A DNA stretch of 42,830 nucleotides, from contig DAHVRW010000001.1 of the NCBI GenBank assembly GCA_027322215.1, forward strand, positions 1-42,830. The letters run 5' to 3'. Below are positions 31,339 to 40,191 of the stretch, piece by piece. The position numbers and the translations under genes were made by a program. Position 1 is the first letter of the stretch. The number at the start of each line of letters is the position of its first letter. The notes under the pieces are model-generated. The model searched no databases. It was not told where the DNA came from and worked only from the letters and a program-made list of their open reading frames with translations. Source of the stretch: Marinimicrobium sp. GTDB lineage: Bacteria > Pseudomonadota > Gammaproteobacteria > Pseudomonadales > Cellvibrionaceae.

Positions 31339-31432
31339 GCAAACGCACCATTATCCTGATCAGGCTGCATGGTGAAACGCCCACAGCATCCGGTCCACAA
31401 GAGTGTTATCTGCCACAAATCGGCAGTATACT

Positions 31433-31510
31433 GCGCGCTCACACGCTGGCCTCGACGTCAATCTGAATTCCTGGCGAGTCAGCTCGCAGGCTACGACTTT
31501 GAGCCCCCGC
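31433..31510 (+). ncRNA. Candidate cis-regulatory RNA (possible monovalent-cation riboswitch) upstream of the Na+/H+ antiporter
   Basis: Starts just after -10 TATACT (31427-31432); nested pairings GCTC/GAGC, GTC/GAC, CCT(G)GCGAG/CTCGCAGG; family not verified. Confidence 0.5.
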
Positions 31511-31610
31511 GACCCATAAGCGGCTGGCCGCTGTAACGCATAGCCGCCATTGGGCTTCCGAGATATCCCTACCTGTCAACATTCTCGCGATTTAGCTGAG
31601 GAATAGCGTC

Positions 31611-33698
31611 ATGGTATTAAGTTTGACCTCAACACTGTCTTTATTTGTGTTGATCGCACTCTCCACCGCCGTCTTTTTTGCTGCCAAACGCTTCAAACTG
31701 CCCTACACCGTTCTGCTGGTGGCGATCGGCATCCTGCTGGTTCCCATCGTTAATCTGCCGTATTTAAGTACTGTTTTTGGGTTTCTGGATGACTTGGTTC
31801 TTACCCCGGAGCTGCTGTTTTATATTTTCTTGCCGGTGCTGATTTTCGAGTCCGGCTTCAATATGAATATCCGCAAAATTGTGGACAATGCATGGGCTAT
31901 TTCCATGCTCGCCGCCGTATCGGCCATCATCTCCACCGCGGTCATCGGTGGGCTGCTCTATCTGGCGCTGCCTCTTATAGGCCATGAGGTTCCGCTAATT
32001 TTAACGCTGATATTTGGCGCCGCCATCTCTTCCACCGATCCGGCCACGATCCTATCCGTACTGAAGCGGCTTGGGGTACCGAGGCGGTTGTCCATGATTT
32101 TTGAGGGCGAGAGCCTGCTCAATGACGGCACCACCTTTGCCATGTTCCTGATTATGTTGTCGGTGGCTACCGCGGGTTTTCACGGCGCTGAGACAGTGCT
32201 TAAAGGTGGACTCAATTTCATCATTATGACCTCATCGGGCGTGCTGTTCGGGCTTATCATGGCGGCGGCGTTCTCCCATGCGCTACGCCTGACGAAAAGC
32301 AACGAGTTCGCCACCGTTACGTTGCTGGTCATTTCGGCGCACCTGGTATTTATCATTACAGAGGCAATCAATGAGCTGGGATACTTTCGTATATCACCCA
32401 TGCTCGCCACAGCCGTAACCTCTCTGTTTCTGGGCAATTACGCCCGCGATACTCTTGCGCCCAAGGTTGACGACTATCTGGGCAAGCTCATCGAACACAT
32501 GGCGTTTATCGCCAAATCATTGGTGTTTTTGCTGGCCGGGCTACTGTTTGCGAACTCGGGAGTCAATCTGGCTCAGCTATGGTTACCGATTGCCATCACG
32601 GTACTGGTGGTGGCCGCCGCGCGAATGATCTCGGTTTACGCCGTCATACTGCCGTTGAATAAAACCAAACTGGAAGAGCCCATCCCCTCGGCCTGGACGA
32701 AACTGATTGCCTGGGGCAGTTTGCGCGGTGTCTTGACGATCATTTACGTTCTGCTCATTCCGGAAAACTTTACTCTCGCCGACTGGAATTACCCTTATTC
32801 GCCCCGGGATTTTTTAGTGGCGCTGACCATTGGCTGCATTCTCGCGACCATGTTTATCAAAGCGCCGCTGATCGGCCCGATGATGCGCCGCTACAACATC
32901 CGTGAGTTCGACCCGCTCAAAACCGCCCACGAGTGTGACCTGGGGATTTATTATTTGCAGACGGAACGGAATCGCTTATTGAACCACAAGCAAAAAGGCT
33001 TTATCAGCGACGACCAGTACAAACATCTGCTGAAAGAGGTGGAGCAAAAACTGGCCACGGTCGAGCATGAGCGGCGAAAACTGATCGGCGAGCACGGGCT
33101 GACGATCTTCGTCCAATCACTGCACCTTGCGATGGTGCACGTTGAAATTGCTACACTAAAGCGGCTCTACATCAACGACGAACTGAACGAGGCTATTTAC
33201 CGGAAAATTCGTGGAAAGCTGGACCTGCAGCGAGAGAAAATCGAGTACGCTCAACACAATAGCATCGACCCGGTGGCGTACATCGACCGCAAAGACGTGT
33301 TTGATCGTCTCATGAATTTTATGCGAACCCTATTCACCCGATCGTCGCCCCGGGAAATGACCTTGGAAGAACGACTTAAGTACTATCGTGCACAAATGAT
33401 TATGGCCCGCAAGGCGGTGACCACTATCGCGCGCATGCAGCACTCTTTCGACCGGCCGGTTTTTTTGCGTCACACCTATGAGGAAGTCAGCGGCCGATAC
33501 CGTACCTATCGAGAACAATCGGCGCGAAAAATGAACGCGTTGGTTGAGAAAAACCGCGCCGCCCTGTCGCCGGTTCTGGCCGAGCTGGCCGAGCGCACGC
33601 TGTCTACCTCCGGCATCCGGGCGCTGGGTTACCTGCACGAAAATGGTCTGGTAAACGAAACCGATCAGGAGGATATTCGTCACCGTTTCGACATTTGA
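31611..33698 (+). CDS. CPA1 (NhaP-type) Na+(K+)/H+ antiporter with a long cytoplasmic C-terminus
   Basis: FLPVLIFESG, STDP, GESLLNDG and SLRG motifs; about 12-13 TM segments. Confidence 0.92.
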   Translation: MVLSLTSTLSLFVLIALSTAVFFAAKRFKLPYTVLLVAIGILLVPIVNLPYLSTVFGFLDDLVLTPELLFYIFLPVLIFESGFNMNIRKIVDNAWAISMLAAVSAIISTAVIGGLLYLALPLIGHEVPLILTLIFGAAISSTDPATILSVLKRLGVPRRLSMIFEGESLLNDGTTFAMFLIMLSVATAGFHGAETVLKGGLNFIIMTSSGVLFGLIMAAAFSHALRLTKSNEFATVTLLVISAHLVFIITEAINELGYFRISPMLATAVTSLFLGNYARDTLAPKVDDYLGKLIEHMAFIAKSLVFLLAGLLFANSGVNLAQLWLPIAITVLVVAAARMISVYAVILPLNKTKLEEPIPSAWTKLIAWGSLRGVLTIIYVLLIPENFTLADWNYPYSPRDFLVALTIGCILATMFIKAPLIGPMMRRYNIREFDPLKTAHECDLGIYYLQTERNRLLNHKQKGFISDDQYKHLLKEVEQKLATVEHERRKLIGEHGLTIFVQSLHLAMVHVEIATLKRLYINDELNEAIYRKIRGKLDLQREKIEYAQHNSIDPVAYIDRKDVFDRLMNFMRTLFTRSSPREMTLEERLKYYRAQMIMARKAVTTIARMQHSFDRPVFLRHTYEEVSGRYRTYREQSARKMNALVEKNRAALSPVLAELAERTLSTSGIRALGYLHENGLVNETDQEDIRHRFDI

Positions 33699-33900
33699 TA
33701 AGCATGGTATTAGGGGCCTGTCTAGATGGCTTTGCGCGGACGCCCAGTGCTGAAATAAATGCGCCACAACTGCGAACATTCCATCGGTTGCCGCGTATTA
33801 CGTCATCCGGTAATAAGCTAGTTCCAAAATGTTATTTTCCCTTTTTGATTTGAGCGATTAGTATGGACCACTTGAACTCATTCCAACCGAGGAGACAGCA

Positions 33901-34539
33901 ATGAGCTTGCGTTTAGGTGATGAAGCACCGGATTTCGTACAGGAATCGACTCATGGCACCATTAACTTTCACGAGTGGTTGGGGGACAGCTGGGGTATTT
34001 TGTTTTCGCACCCGGCGGACTTTACGCCAGTATGCACCACCGAGCTCGGCCTGACCGCCAAATTGAAGGACGAATTTGACAAGCGTAACGTCAAGGCCAT
34101 TGCCCTGAGCGTCGACCCCGTGGATTCGCACAATCGTTGGATTGACGACATCAACGAAACTCAGCTCACCCAGGTGAACTTCCCCATCCTGGCTGACAAT
34201 GATGCAAAAGTCGCCAATTTATACGACATGATCCACCCCAATGCCAACTCGACATTGACGGTGCGCTCGTTGTTTATTATCGATCCGGCGAAAAAAATTC
34301 GCCTGATTATTACCTACCCAGCCAGTACCGGCCGGAACTTTGATGAAGTCCTGCGGGTAGTGGATTCGCTGCAGTTGACCGATGAACACAAGGTAGCCAC
34401 TCCGGGTGACTGGAAGCCTGGCGAAGATGTCGTGATCGTGCCCTCTTTGCAGGACGAAGACGAAATTGCACAGCGGTTCCCGAAAGGATACAAGGCCGTT
34501 AAGCCCTATTTGCGCCTGACCCCCGACCCGACCAAGTAA
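33901..34539 (+). CDS. 1-Cys peroxiredoxin (Prx6/LsfA-like)
   Basis: FSHPADFTPVCTTE, YPASTGRNF and TP.DW motifs; GAGGAG RBS. Confidence 0.95.
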   Translation: MSLRLGDEAPDFVQESTHGTINFHEWLGDSWGILFSHPADFTPVCTTELGLTAKLKDEFDKRNVKAIALSVDPVDSHNRWIDDINETQLTQVNFPILADNDAKVANLYDMIHPNANSTLTVRSLFIIDPAKKIRLIITYPASTGRNFDEVLRVVDSLQLTDEHKVATPGDWKPGEDVVIVPSLQDEDEIAQRFPKGYKAVKPYLRLTPDPTK

Positions 34540-34659
34540 TCGGGCGACTCTCTGTAAAACTGTGATCCGTCAAACGATCAAGGATGATCGTTTACTTTCC
34601 TTGCCGGAACAGCGCCACCTGCTCGCCATCCTGGAATTTTCCCCTTTCCTCACCCACTA

Positions 34660-34884
34660 TCAGTTTCGCACCCAGCGATCACCCTCTTTGTGGTACTTGT
34701 TTTTTACCGCCGCCCACGCAACTTTGTGGGCCGTTTCTTCCCGATCCGCGTCGCCGCGCCTATCCTTAGGATCTTTGTATTGATCCCAGGCGGACCCGAA
34801 CGCTTTTCGGTAGATGTCCTGGGCGTGAGCGGGTAGCGAGTCCCGGACACTGTCGGGCAAGTCGCTTCTGGATTTGTACGGCAT
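34660..34884 (-). CDS. chaB: ChaB family protein
   Basis: MPY..SDLPDSVR..LP.HAQDIY..AF..AW and AHKVAWAAVK; GAGGAG RBS. Confidence 0.93.
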   Translation of the reverse strand: MPYKSRSDLPDSVRDSLPAHAQDIYRKAFGSAWDQYKDPKDRRGDADREETAHKVAWAAVKNKYHKEGDRWVRN

Positions 34885-34932
34885 GACGCCTCCTCTCAAC
34901 ACATCGCGTCAACACATTACGCCGGTTCGCGA

Positions 34933-35844
34933 CTACATTTGTAACCGGCCACCGGTAATGCCGTAGATCTCTCCGGTGACGTAGCTGGCATCGGCGGATG
35001 CTAAAAACACAAACAGCGGCGCCAGCTCAGCCGGCTGGGCTGGCCGTTTGAGCAACGTGTTCTCGCCGAAGCTCTGCACTTTCTCCTCCGGCATCGTAGA
35101 GGGAATCAGCGGTGTCCATACCGGTCCCGGCGCCACCGCATTGACCCGCACCCCTTTCTCTATCGCTTCCCCCGCAAGGGAGAGGGTAAAGTTTGCGATC
35201 GCCGCTTTGGTGGCCGCGTAAGGGGCTAGGTGTGGTGTTGGGTCAAATGCTTGAATCGATGTGGTGTTAATGATTGAGCCGCCGGGCGGCAAGTGCCGCA
35301 GCGCCGCCCGGGAGAAGTGAAAGAAGGCTTCAATGTTTGTTTCAAACGTGTAGGAGATATCTTCATCGGGGATATCTTCAATCGACGCGTAGGTTTTTTG
35401 AAACCCCGCGTTGTTAATCAATATATCCAGCCGACCCAACTCATCAATACACCGCTGGACGACCCGCTCGCACCCTTCCCGGTTATGGGCCTGATCCATC
35501 TTAACGGCAATCACCTTGCGCCCCGCCTCGCGCACCAGGCGTTCGGTTTCTTTGGCATCCGCATCTTCGCGCAGGTAGGTGAAAACGATATCCGCACCTT
35601 CTCGAGCATAAGCGATGGCCACGGCTCGACCGATGCCGCTGTCGGCACCAGTAATCAACGCCACCAGACCTTCCAGTTTTCCACTGCCCACATACGTCTG
35701 TTCACCGTGGTCGGGTGTTGGCTCCATGGGCTGAGTTTGGCCAGGAATGTCCTGTGGCTGGGTGGGGTATTCCGGTCGAGGGTAGAGTTTGCGAGGGTCC
35801 TGAAGAATCGATTGCTGGGTAGGCGCCATATTGCTTATCTCCAT
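34933..35844 (-). CDS. General-stress SDR oxidoreductase (YghA/YhdF-like)
   Basis: PDHGEQTY.GSGKL, TGADSGIG, YAATK and VAPGPVWTPL motifs. Confidence 0.93.
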   Translation of the reverse strand: MEISNMAPTQQSILQDPRKLYPRPEYPTQPQDIPGQTQPMEPTPDHGEQTYVGSGKLEGLVALITGADSGIGRAVAIAYAREGADIVFTYLREDADAKETERLVREAGRKVIAVKMDQAHNREGCERVVQRCIDELGRLDILINNAGFQKTYASIEDIPDEDISYTFETNIEAFFHFSRAALRHLPPGGSIINTTSIQAFDPTPHLAPYAATKAAIANFTLSLAGEAIEKGVRVNAVAPGPVWTPLIPSTMPEEKVQSFGENTLLKRPAQPAELAPLFVFLASADASYVTGEIYGITGGRLQM

Positions 35845-35987
35845 TTAGGTACCGCTGAAATGGATCCGGAAGCATGGGTTAGAAAGGGTATTTCATTGGT
35901 TCGGCACTGGCGTCGATGTGTCCGGTCCATCCCTGGATCTCAATGCACGCATTGTTCATTTCCTTATATCGGGCACGCCCGTGGTGG

Positions 35988-36003
35988 TGCAAAGGGCGGG
36001 CCA
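35988..36003 (-). promoter_or_regulatory. sigma54 -24/-12 promoter for SDR-chaB
   Basis: TGGCCCGCCCTTTGCA on minus: GG-N10-GC, one mismatch to TGGCACG-N4-TTGCW. Confidence 0.75.
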
Positions 36004-36091
36004 AAAACAAAGGGTTTTAAAAAGTTTCGGTTGTTCAGGCACTTAGCGTTCGGCGTGACGTGGGTGCGGGCGTGAAAGGTGCGATCGACGT

Positions 36092-36123
36092 GAAACTTTT
36101 ACAAGGTTCGGGGAAGTTTTTAC
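36092..36123. promoter_or_regulatory. Candidate paired enhancer (UAS) sites
   Basis: GAAACTTTTAC and GAAGTTTTTAC, 21 bp apart, about 115-145 bp upstream of the predicted start site. Confidence 0.5.
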
Positions 36124-36208
36124 TGGTCGACAAGTGGGGCTAGAGCGGTTTTGTTGGGTTGTGGTTGAGAAGAGGCAGAGCCACGGGCCGGGCTCTGTTC
36201 GGGGCTGC

Positions 36209-36306
36209 GAGCCCGTCAGGCCTTCCCGGACACGCTGTGAATACGTCCGTGTAAGCTCGGCTCCAGCATCCATGCTGGAGACGGTCCGGGAAGGCCTGAC
36301 GGGCTC
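36209..36306. repeat. REPIN/MITE-like palindromic element
   Basis: Perfect 23-bp inverted repeat GAGCCCGTCAGGCCTTCCCGGAC (36209-36231 / 36284-36306) around an asymmetric core and the hairpin CTCCAGCAT-CC-ATGCTGGAG. Confidence 0.8.
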
Positions 36307-36474
36307 TCCGCGGCGGTAAGCTGGGCGTTGCGGGGGTATGAGTAAACCCTTCGAATGGAAGCAAAAGCACCTTTTAAGCGCAAGCCAAGCCCAGCTTATG
36401 TTCTGGCTAAAGTCTCTAATGGCAGCTAGGGCTTCTCTAATGGGCCCCTCTAACCGCCAACACTTAGCCGTTCA

Positions 36475-37911
36475 TTACTGAGCAGATTCCGGATCGTCGG
36501 TTAACACCCGTTCCTGATACTCCCGAAGACGGTTATATAGAGTTTTCACGCTCACCCCCAAAATGCCCGCCGCTTTCTCCTTACGACCACCGCACTGATC
36601 CAAAGTCGCCATAATCAGGTTCTTCTCCATCTCCGCCATCGACGTTCCAATATTCACCGTCAGGCTTGAGCCCCGTTTGCGCACAGGGGTGTTTGAGCTG
36701 GGAATGTGCGGCAGCAGATCATCTACCGTAATCACGCGCTCAGTCATGATGCAGGTGCGCTGTACGAGGTTTTTCAACTCCCGCAGATTCCCCGGCCAAT
36801 GGTATTGGCTGAGCACTTCCAGCGCTTCGGGCGAAAAGTATTTATTACTTCCTTCCTTTTGATTCAAATCGTTCAGAAAGTACTCCGCCAACAGTTTCAC
36901 ATCGCCCGAACGATCTCTTAGGGGCGGCAGCCAGATTGGGAAAACCTGTATCCGATACAGTAAATCCGCCCGGAAACGTTTGGCCTCCACCTCTTTTTCA
37001 GGGCAACGGTTGGTGGCGGCCAGAATCCGCACATCGGCGTATTGCTCCCGGTCACTGCCCAGCCGTGTGAAACACTGGGTCTCCAAAACCCGAAGCAATT
37101 TCACCTGCAGCGCCAAGGGCATTTCTGTAATTTCGTCTAACAGCAACGTGCCCCCATGAGCGCGCTCAAATACCCCTTTGTGTTCTTTGATGGCGCCTGT
37201 AAAACTGCCTTTCTCGTGACCGAACAGCTCACTTTCGATCAGCTGCGCCGAGATTGCGCCACAGTTAATGGCAATAAACGGTTTGTTGCGTCGTGGACTC
37301 TGGTGGTGGATGGCTCGTGCGGCGACCTCTTTACCGGTGCCGCTTTCGCCGCTGATCAGCACCGACGCGCTTGTGGGCGCGACGCGGCGAATCTGCTCCA
37401 CCACTTGGCGCATTTTAGGACACTGACTGACGAGCTCACCGAAATCAAATACCGCGCTTTCGGATTTCGGAAGATGCACCTTGTTCGCGCTGTTGCCCGC
37501 ACCCGGTGACTGGGCCTGCAATGCCGCCCACACATCCACCGCATCGGCGCTGTCCCGCAAGTACGCCGACGCCCCCTGAGCAAGTATATTGCGTGCCCAC
37601 TCCGACTCGGGGTCGGGGCCCAACACAACCACGTGCGCCCCCTGCGCCACGGCCGCTCTAACCAGTTCACTGTCCGTGGCGTTATTGCCGTCACTGTCGT
37701 CAACGGCCAGTAAAACCTGATCCGGCTGTAGCTCATTCAACACACGCAATGCGTGTTCAGGATCTCGGGTAAATGTGCTGGTGCGGCCATGGCCGACCAA
37801 TGTATCGGATAAAGCCGCGAGCTTGGCAGCGCCGTCAATTACTAGAACGTGACCGGTACCGAAATGTTGATGAACGGGAGCGGATGAGTAACTGGCGTGC
37901 AACGAATTCAT
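36475..37911 (-). CDS. sigma54-dependent Fis-family activator (bEBP) with a degenerate receiver domain
   Basis: Walker [24 protein letters not shown], Walker [24 protein letters not shown]-terminal HTH; receiver has PDQVLLAVD. Confidence 0.93.
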   Translation of the reverse strand: MNSLHASYSSAPVHQHFGTGHVLVIDGAAKLAALSDTLVGHGRTSTFTRDPEHALRVLNELQPDQVLLAVDDSDGNNATDSELVRAAVAQGAHVVVLGPDPESEWARNILAQGASAYLRDSADAVDVWAALQAQSPGAGNSANKVHLPKSESAVFDFGELVSQCPKMRQVVEQIRRVAPTSASVLISGESGTGKEVAARAIHHQSPRRNKPFIAINCGAISAQLIESELFGHEKGSFTGAIKEHKGVFERAHGGTLLLDEITEMPLALQVKLLRVLETQCFTRLGSDREQYADVRILAATNRCPEKEVEAKRFRADLLYRIQVFPIWLPPLRDRSGDVKLLAEYFLNDLNQKEGSNKYFSPEALEVLSQYHWPGNLRELKNLVQRTCIMTERVITVDDLLPHIPSSNTPVRKRGSSLTVNIGTSMAEMEKNLIMATLDQCGGRKEKAAGILGVSVKTLYNRLREYQERVLTDDPESAQ

Positions 37912-38169
37912 AGATGTGATCCTTAAATCTGTTCAGCACAACGAAACATACGGTATCAACGTCTATACAAAACACGTCGTTTAACGATGGGTCACCAGAG
38001 ATACTCCTCCTTGAAGACGGACTCCTGAGGCTCAATTGGACCGAAGGTACCGAAGAGAATTCCCGGACATGAGGGCAGGTAGTAAGAAATGGGCACCTAG
38101 TGTTCCATTGGCCCCAAAGAAGGGTGCCAGGATCAGAAGAAATGTCGTGGTGGCGCCTTTGACCGAAAG

Positions 38170-38685
38170 CTAATTACACATAACGCTTCCATGCTCTTGT
38201 TGAAGCAACTGCATTCGTCGCTGCTGCATTTTGATATTCAGATCGGTTAACGCGAGCTCCCGGACTTTGGGGAACAGGCGACGCTCCTCCTCTTCCACAT
38301 GACGAGCGAAGTGACGTCGCATGGTACGCACTTTGGCGTTAAAAAGCGGATCGGTCGCACACTGCCCCTCTAAGGTTTCCATTATGGCCCGCAAAGAAAA
38401 ATGCTCGACAATGGACTCATCCAAATCCGGCATCGCCCCATGCGCTCGACTTAGGCCGGGGTAGAACACTTCCTCTTTAATGGTGAGATAAATAGCTAGG
38501 CGATCGCAAATCGTTTGCACGAGATCTGTCAAGTCTTGCGCTGTCGGCAGACATTCCAGGCGACCGAACAAACGCTGTATTTTGCGATGCTCCGCCGTCA
38601 GTTGGCTGACCGAGTCCATTGGCAGAACACGACCAACGGTTGTCTGACCGGTTGGTTCAGCGCGCTTTTTAAGTAAGTAGTCCAT
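38170..38685 (-). CDS. Hemerythrin/HHE-domain protein with degenerate ligands
   Basis: EH..I..LF, EEVFYP, EH and HVEEEE..LFP pattern. Confidence 0.82.
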   Translation of the reverse strand: MDYLLKKRAEPTGQTTVGRVLPMDSVSQLTAEHRKIQRLFGRLECLPTAQDLTDLVQTICDRLAIYLTIKEEVFYPGLSRAHGAMPDLDESIVEHFSLRAIMETLEGQCATDPLFNAKVRTMRRHFARHVEEEERRLFPKVRELALTDLNIKMQQRRMQLLQQEHGSVMCN

Positions 38686-38739
38686 TGATCCCCCCAAAGT
38701 GCTTACGCACTAAACCGAACTCTCGCACGCCTTGTGTTT

Positions 38740-38755
38740 AGCAAACATCGGGCCA
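38740..38755 (-). promoter_or_regulatory. sigma54 -24/-12 promoter for the hemerythrin gene (possibly also the bEBP)
   Basis: TGGCCCGATGTTTGCT on minus: GG-N10-GC. Confidence 0.75.
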
Positions 38756-38820
38756 GATGCAAAACCCCACCGATGCGCTTTCAGGCTGCACGGTATCACT
38801 TAACCGGCGTTCTGAGCGGT

Positions 38821-38851
38821 GTAAGTTTTACGTCGCCGTGGCAAAAGTTAC
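38821..38851. promoter_or_regulatory. Candidate shared paired enhancer between divergent sigma54 promoters
   Basis: Palindromic GTAAGTTTTAC and GCAAAAGTTAC, 20 bp apart. Confidence 0.55.
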
Positions 38852-38930
38852 AGGCGCTCAGCCGCGCAGGACGGCGGCAGCGAGACTTAAATAACCTGTG
38901 CACATAGCGATTTGTCCGTGGCCATCGCAC

Positions 38931-38946
38931 GGGCACAGTGCTTGCA
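38931..38946 (+). promoter_or_regulatory. sigma54 -24/-12 promoter for the ferritin-like/SRPBCC operon
   Basis: GGGCACAGTGCTTGCA: GG-N10-GC with GGCAC and TTGCA. Confidence 0.75.
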
Positions 38947-39006
38947 TTGGGCCTAGGCACCAGGTTTTCGCGCGCAGCGATAACTGATTCGGCTCAGGAG
39001 GGCATT

Positions 39007-40179
39007 ATGGCAATTAACCTATTGGACGCCAGAGGAACGCCTCTGGAAAAGCAAAAGTTTACCTTTCGCGAGCTCGTGCAAAAGCCCATCAGCAAACTGG
39101 ACGATGACGCCTTCACGCGGGTGCGTATCATTCTGGCCAATGGCTTAGAGCAGCAAGCCAACCGGTTCTTACATCTCTGCAGCCAAATGAACGGAGACAT
39201 ACGACAGCCATTGGCCTCCATTCGCCGGGTCGAGCATCACCAGCAGACCATGATCAACTGGCTGCTGTCATCAGATCACTCACCCATAGAAACGACCATT
39301 GGCTATGAACAGGTGGCCATTGAAGCCACCGCTGCCATAGCCCAGCAAGAGCCGGATCCTTATCTGGCGCAGGTATATCGTTTCGGGCTGCTCGAAGACT
39401 TCGACCACATGTATCGCTACGCGGCATTGATGGATCGCGTTGAAGGTAAGGATGCGAATAATATTCTACAAAGCTACACCGATATTATTCCAGGCCGACC
39501 GACCTTCGATGAACACCGCCACCCTCACGATGATCTTCGAGATCATTACGACCGTGCGACCGCGGCGCCCATCACCAAGATGAATGCGCTGACGATCATG
39601 TCGGCGGAGTATCAAACCCGCGATTATTACATGAACATCGGGCCCACCTTTTCCGACCCTGTGGCAAGGCAGCTTTACGCCGAGATCGCGTCCATCGAAG
39701 AGCAGCACGTCACCCAGTACGGCTCAATTATCGATCCGAATGAAACCATGCTGGAGAAATGGCTCCTGTATGAAGCCAATGAGGCGTACAACTACTACAG
39801 CTTTGTGCAAAGTGAAAGTAACCCGCGCATTAAAGCGATCTGGGAACGCTTTCTCGATTATGAGCTTGGCCATCTTGAGGTGGTTAAAAACCTGTTTAAG
39901 AAGTACGAACGACGCGACCCGGCTGAGATCCTGCCGGAAACCATGCCTGACCCGATTCCGTTCGAAAGTCAGCGTGCCTTTGTACGCACAACATTGGAAA
40001 ACGAAATCAACCTGCGTACCCGGGGTACTGAGTTTGTCGATCTGGAGCACGAAAGCATGCTAAGTCGCGAGTACCGCACTCATATCAACTCCGAAGGCTC
40101 ACCGACCAATGCCGTCGCCGAAGGTTATATCTGGTCACCGGGCACCGAAATGAGCCGCCAGGCCGCTCACGCATCATAG
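39007..40179 (+). CDS. Uncharacterised tandem double ferritin-like protein (390 aa)
   Basis: Four E...ExxH-type helical hairpins (EHHQ, EDFDH, EEQH, ELGH); AGGAGG RBS before ATG 39007. Confidence 0.72.
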   Translation: MAINLLDARGTPLEKQKFTFRELVQKPISKLDDDAFTRVRIILANGLEQQANRFLHLCSQMNGDIRQPLASIRRVEHHQQTMINWLLSSDHSPIETTIGYEQVAIEATAAIAQQEPDPYLAQVYRFGLLEDFDHMYRYAALMDRVEGKDANNILQSYTDIIPGRPTFDEHRHPHDDLRDHYDRATAAPITKMNALTIMSAEYQTRDYYMNIGPTFSDPVARQLYAEIASIEEQHVTQYGSIIDPNETMLEKWLLYEANEAYNYYSFVQSESNPRIKAIWERFLDYELGHLEVVKNLFKKYERRDPAEILPETMPDPIPFESQRAFVRTTLENEINLRTRGTEFVDLEHESMLSREYRTHINSEGSPTNAVAEGYIWSPGTEMSRQAAHAS

Positions 40180-40191
40180 GAGAACAAGACC

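Noticed and set aside
36043-36370. Short ORFs over the palindromic element
   Set aside because: No RBS or recognisable domain; explained by the GC-rich inverted repeat
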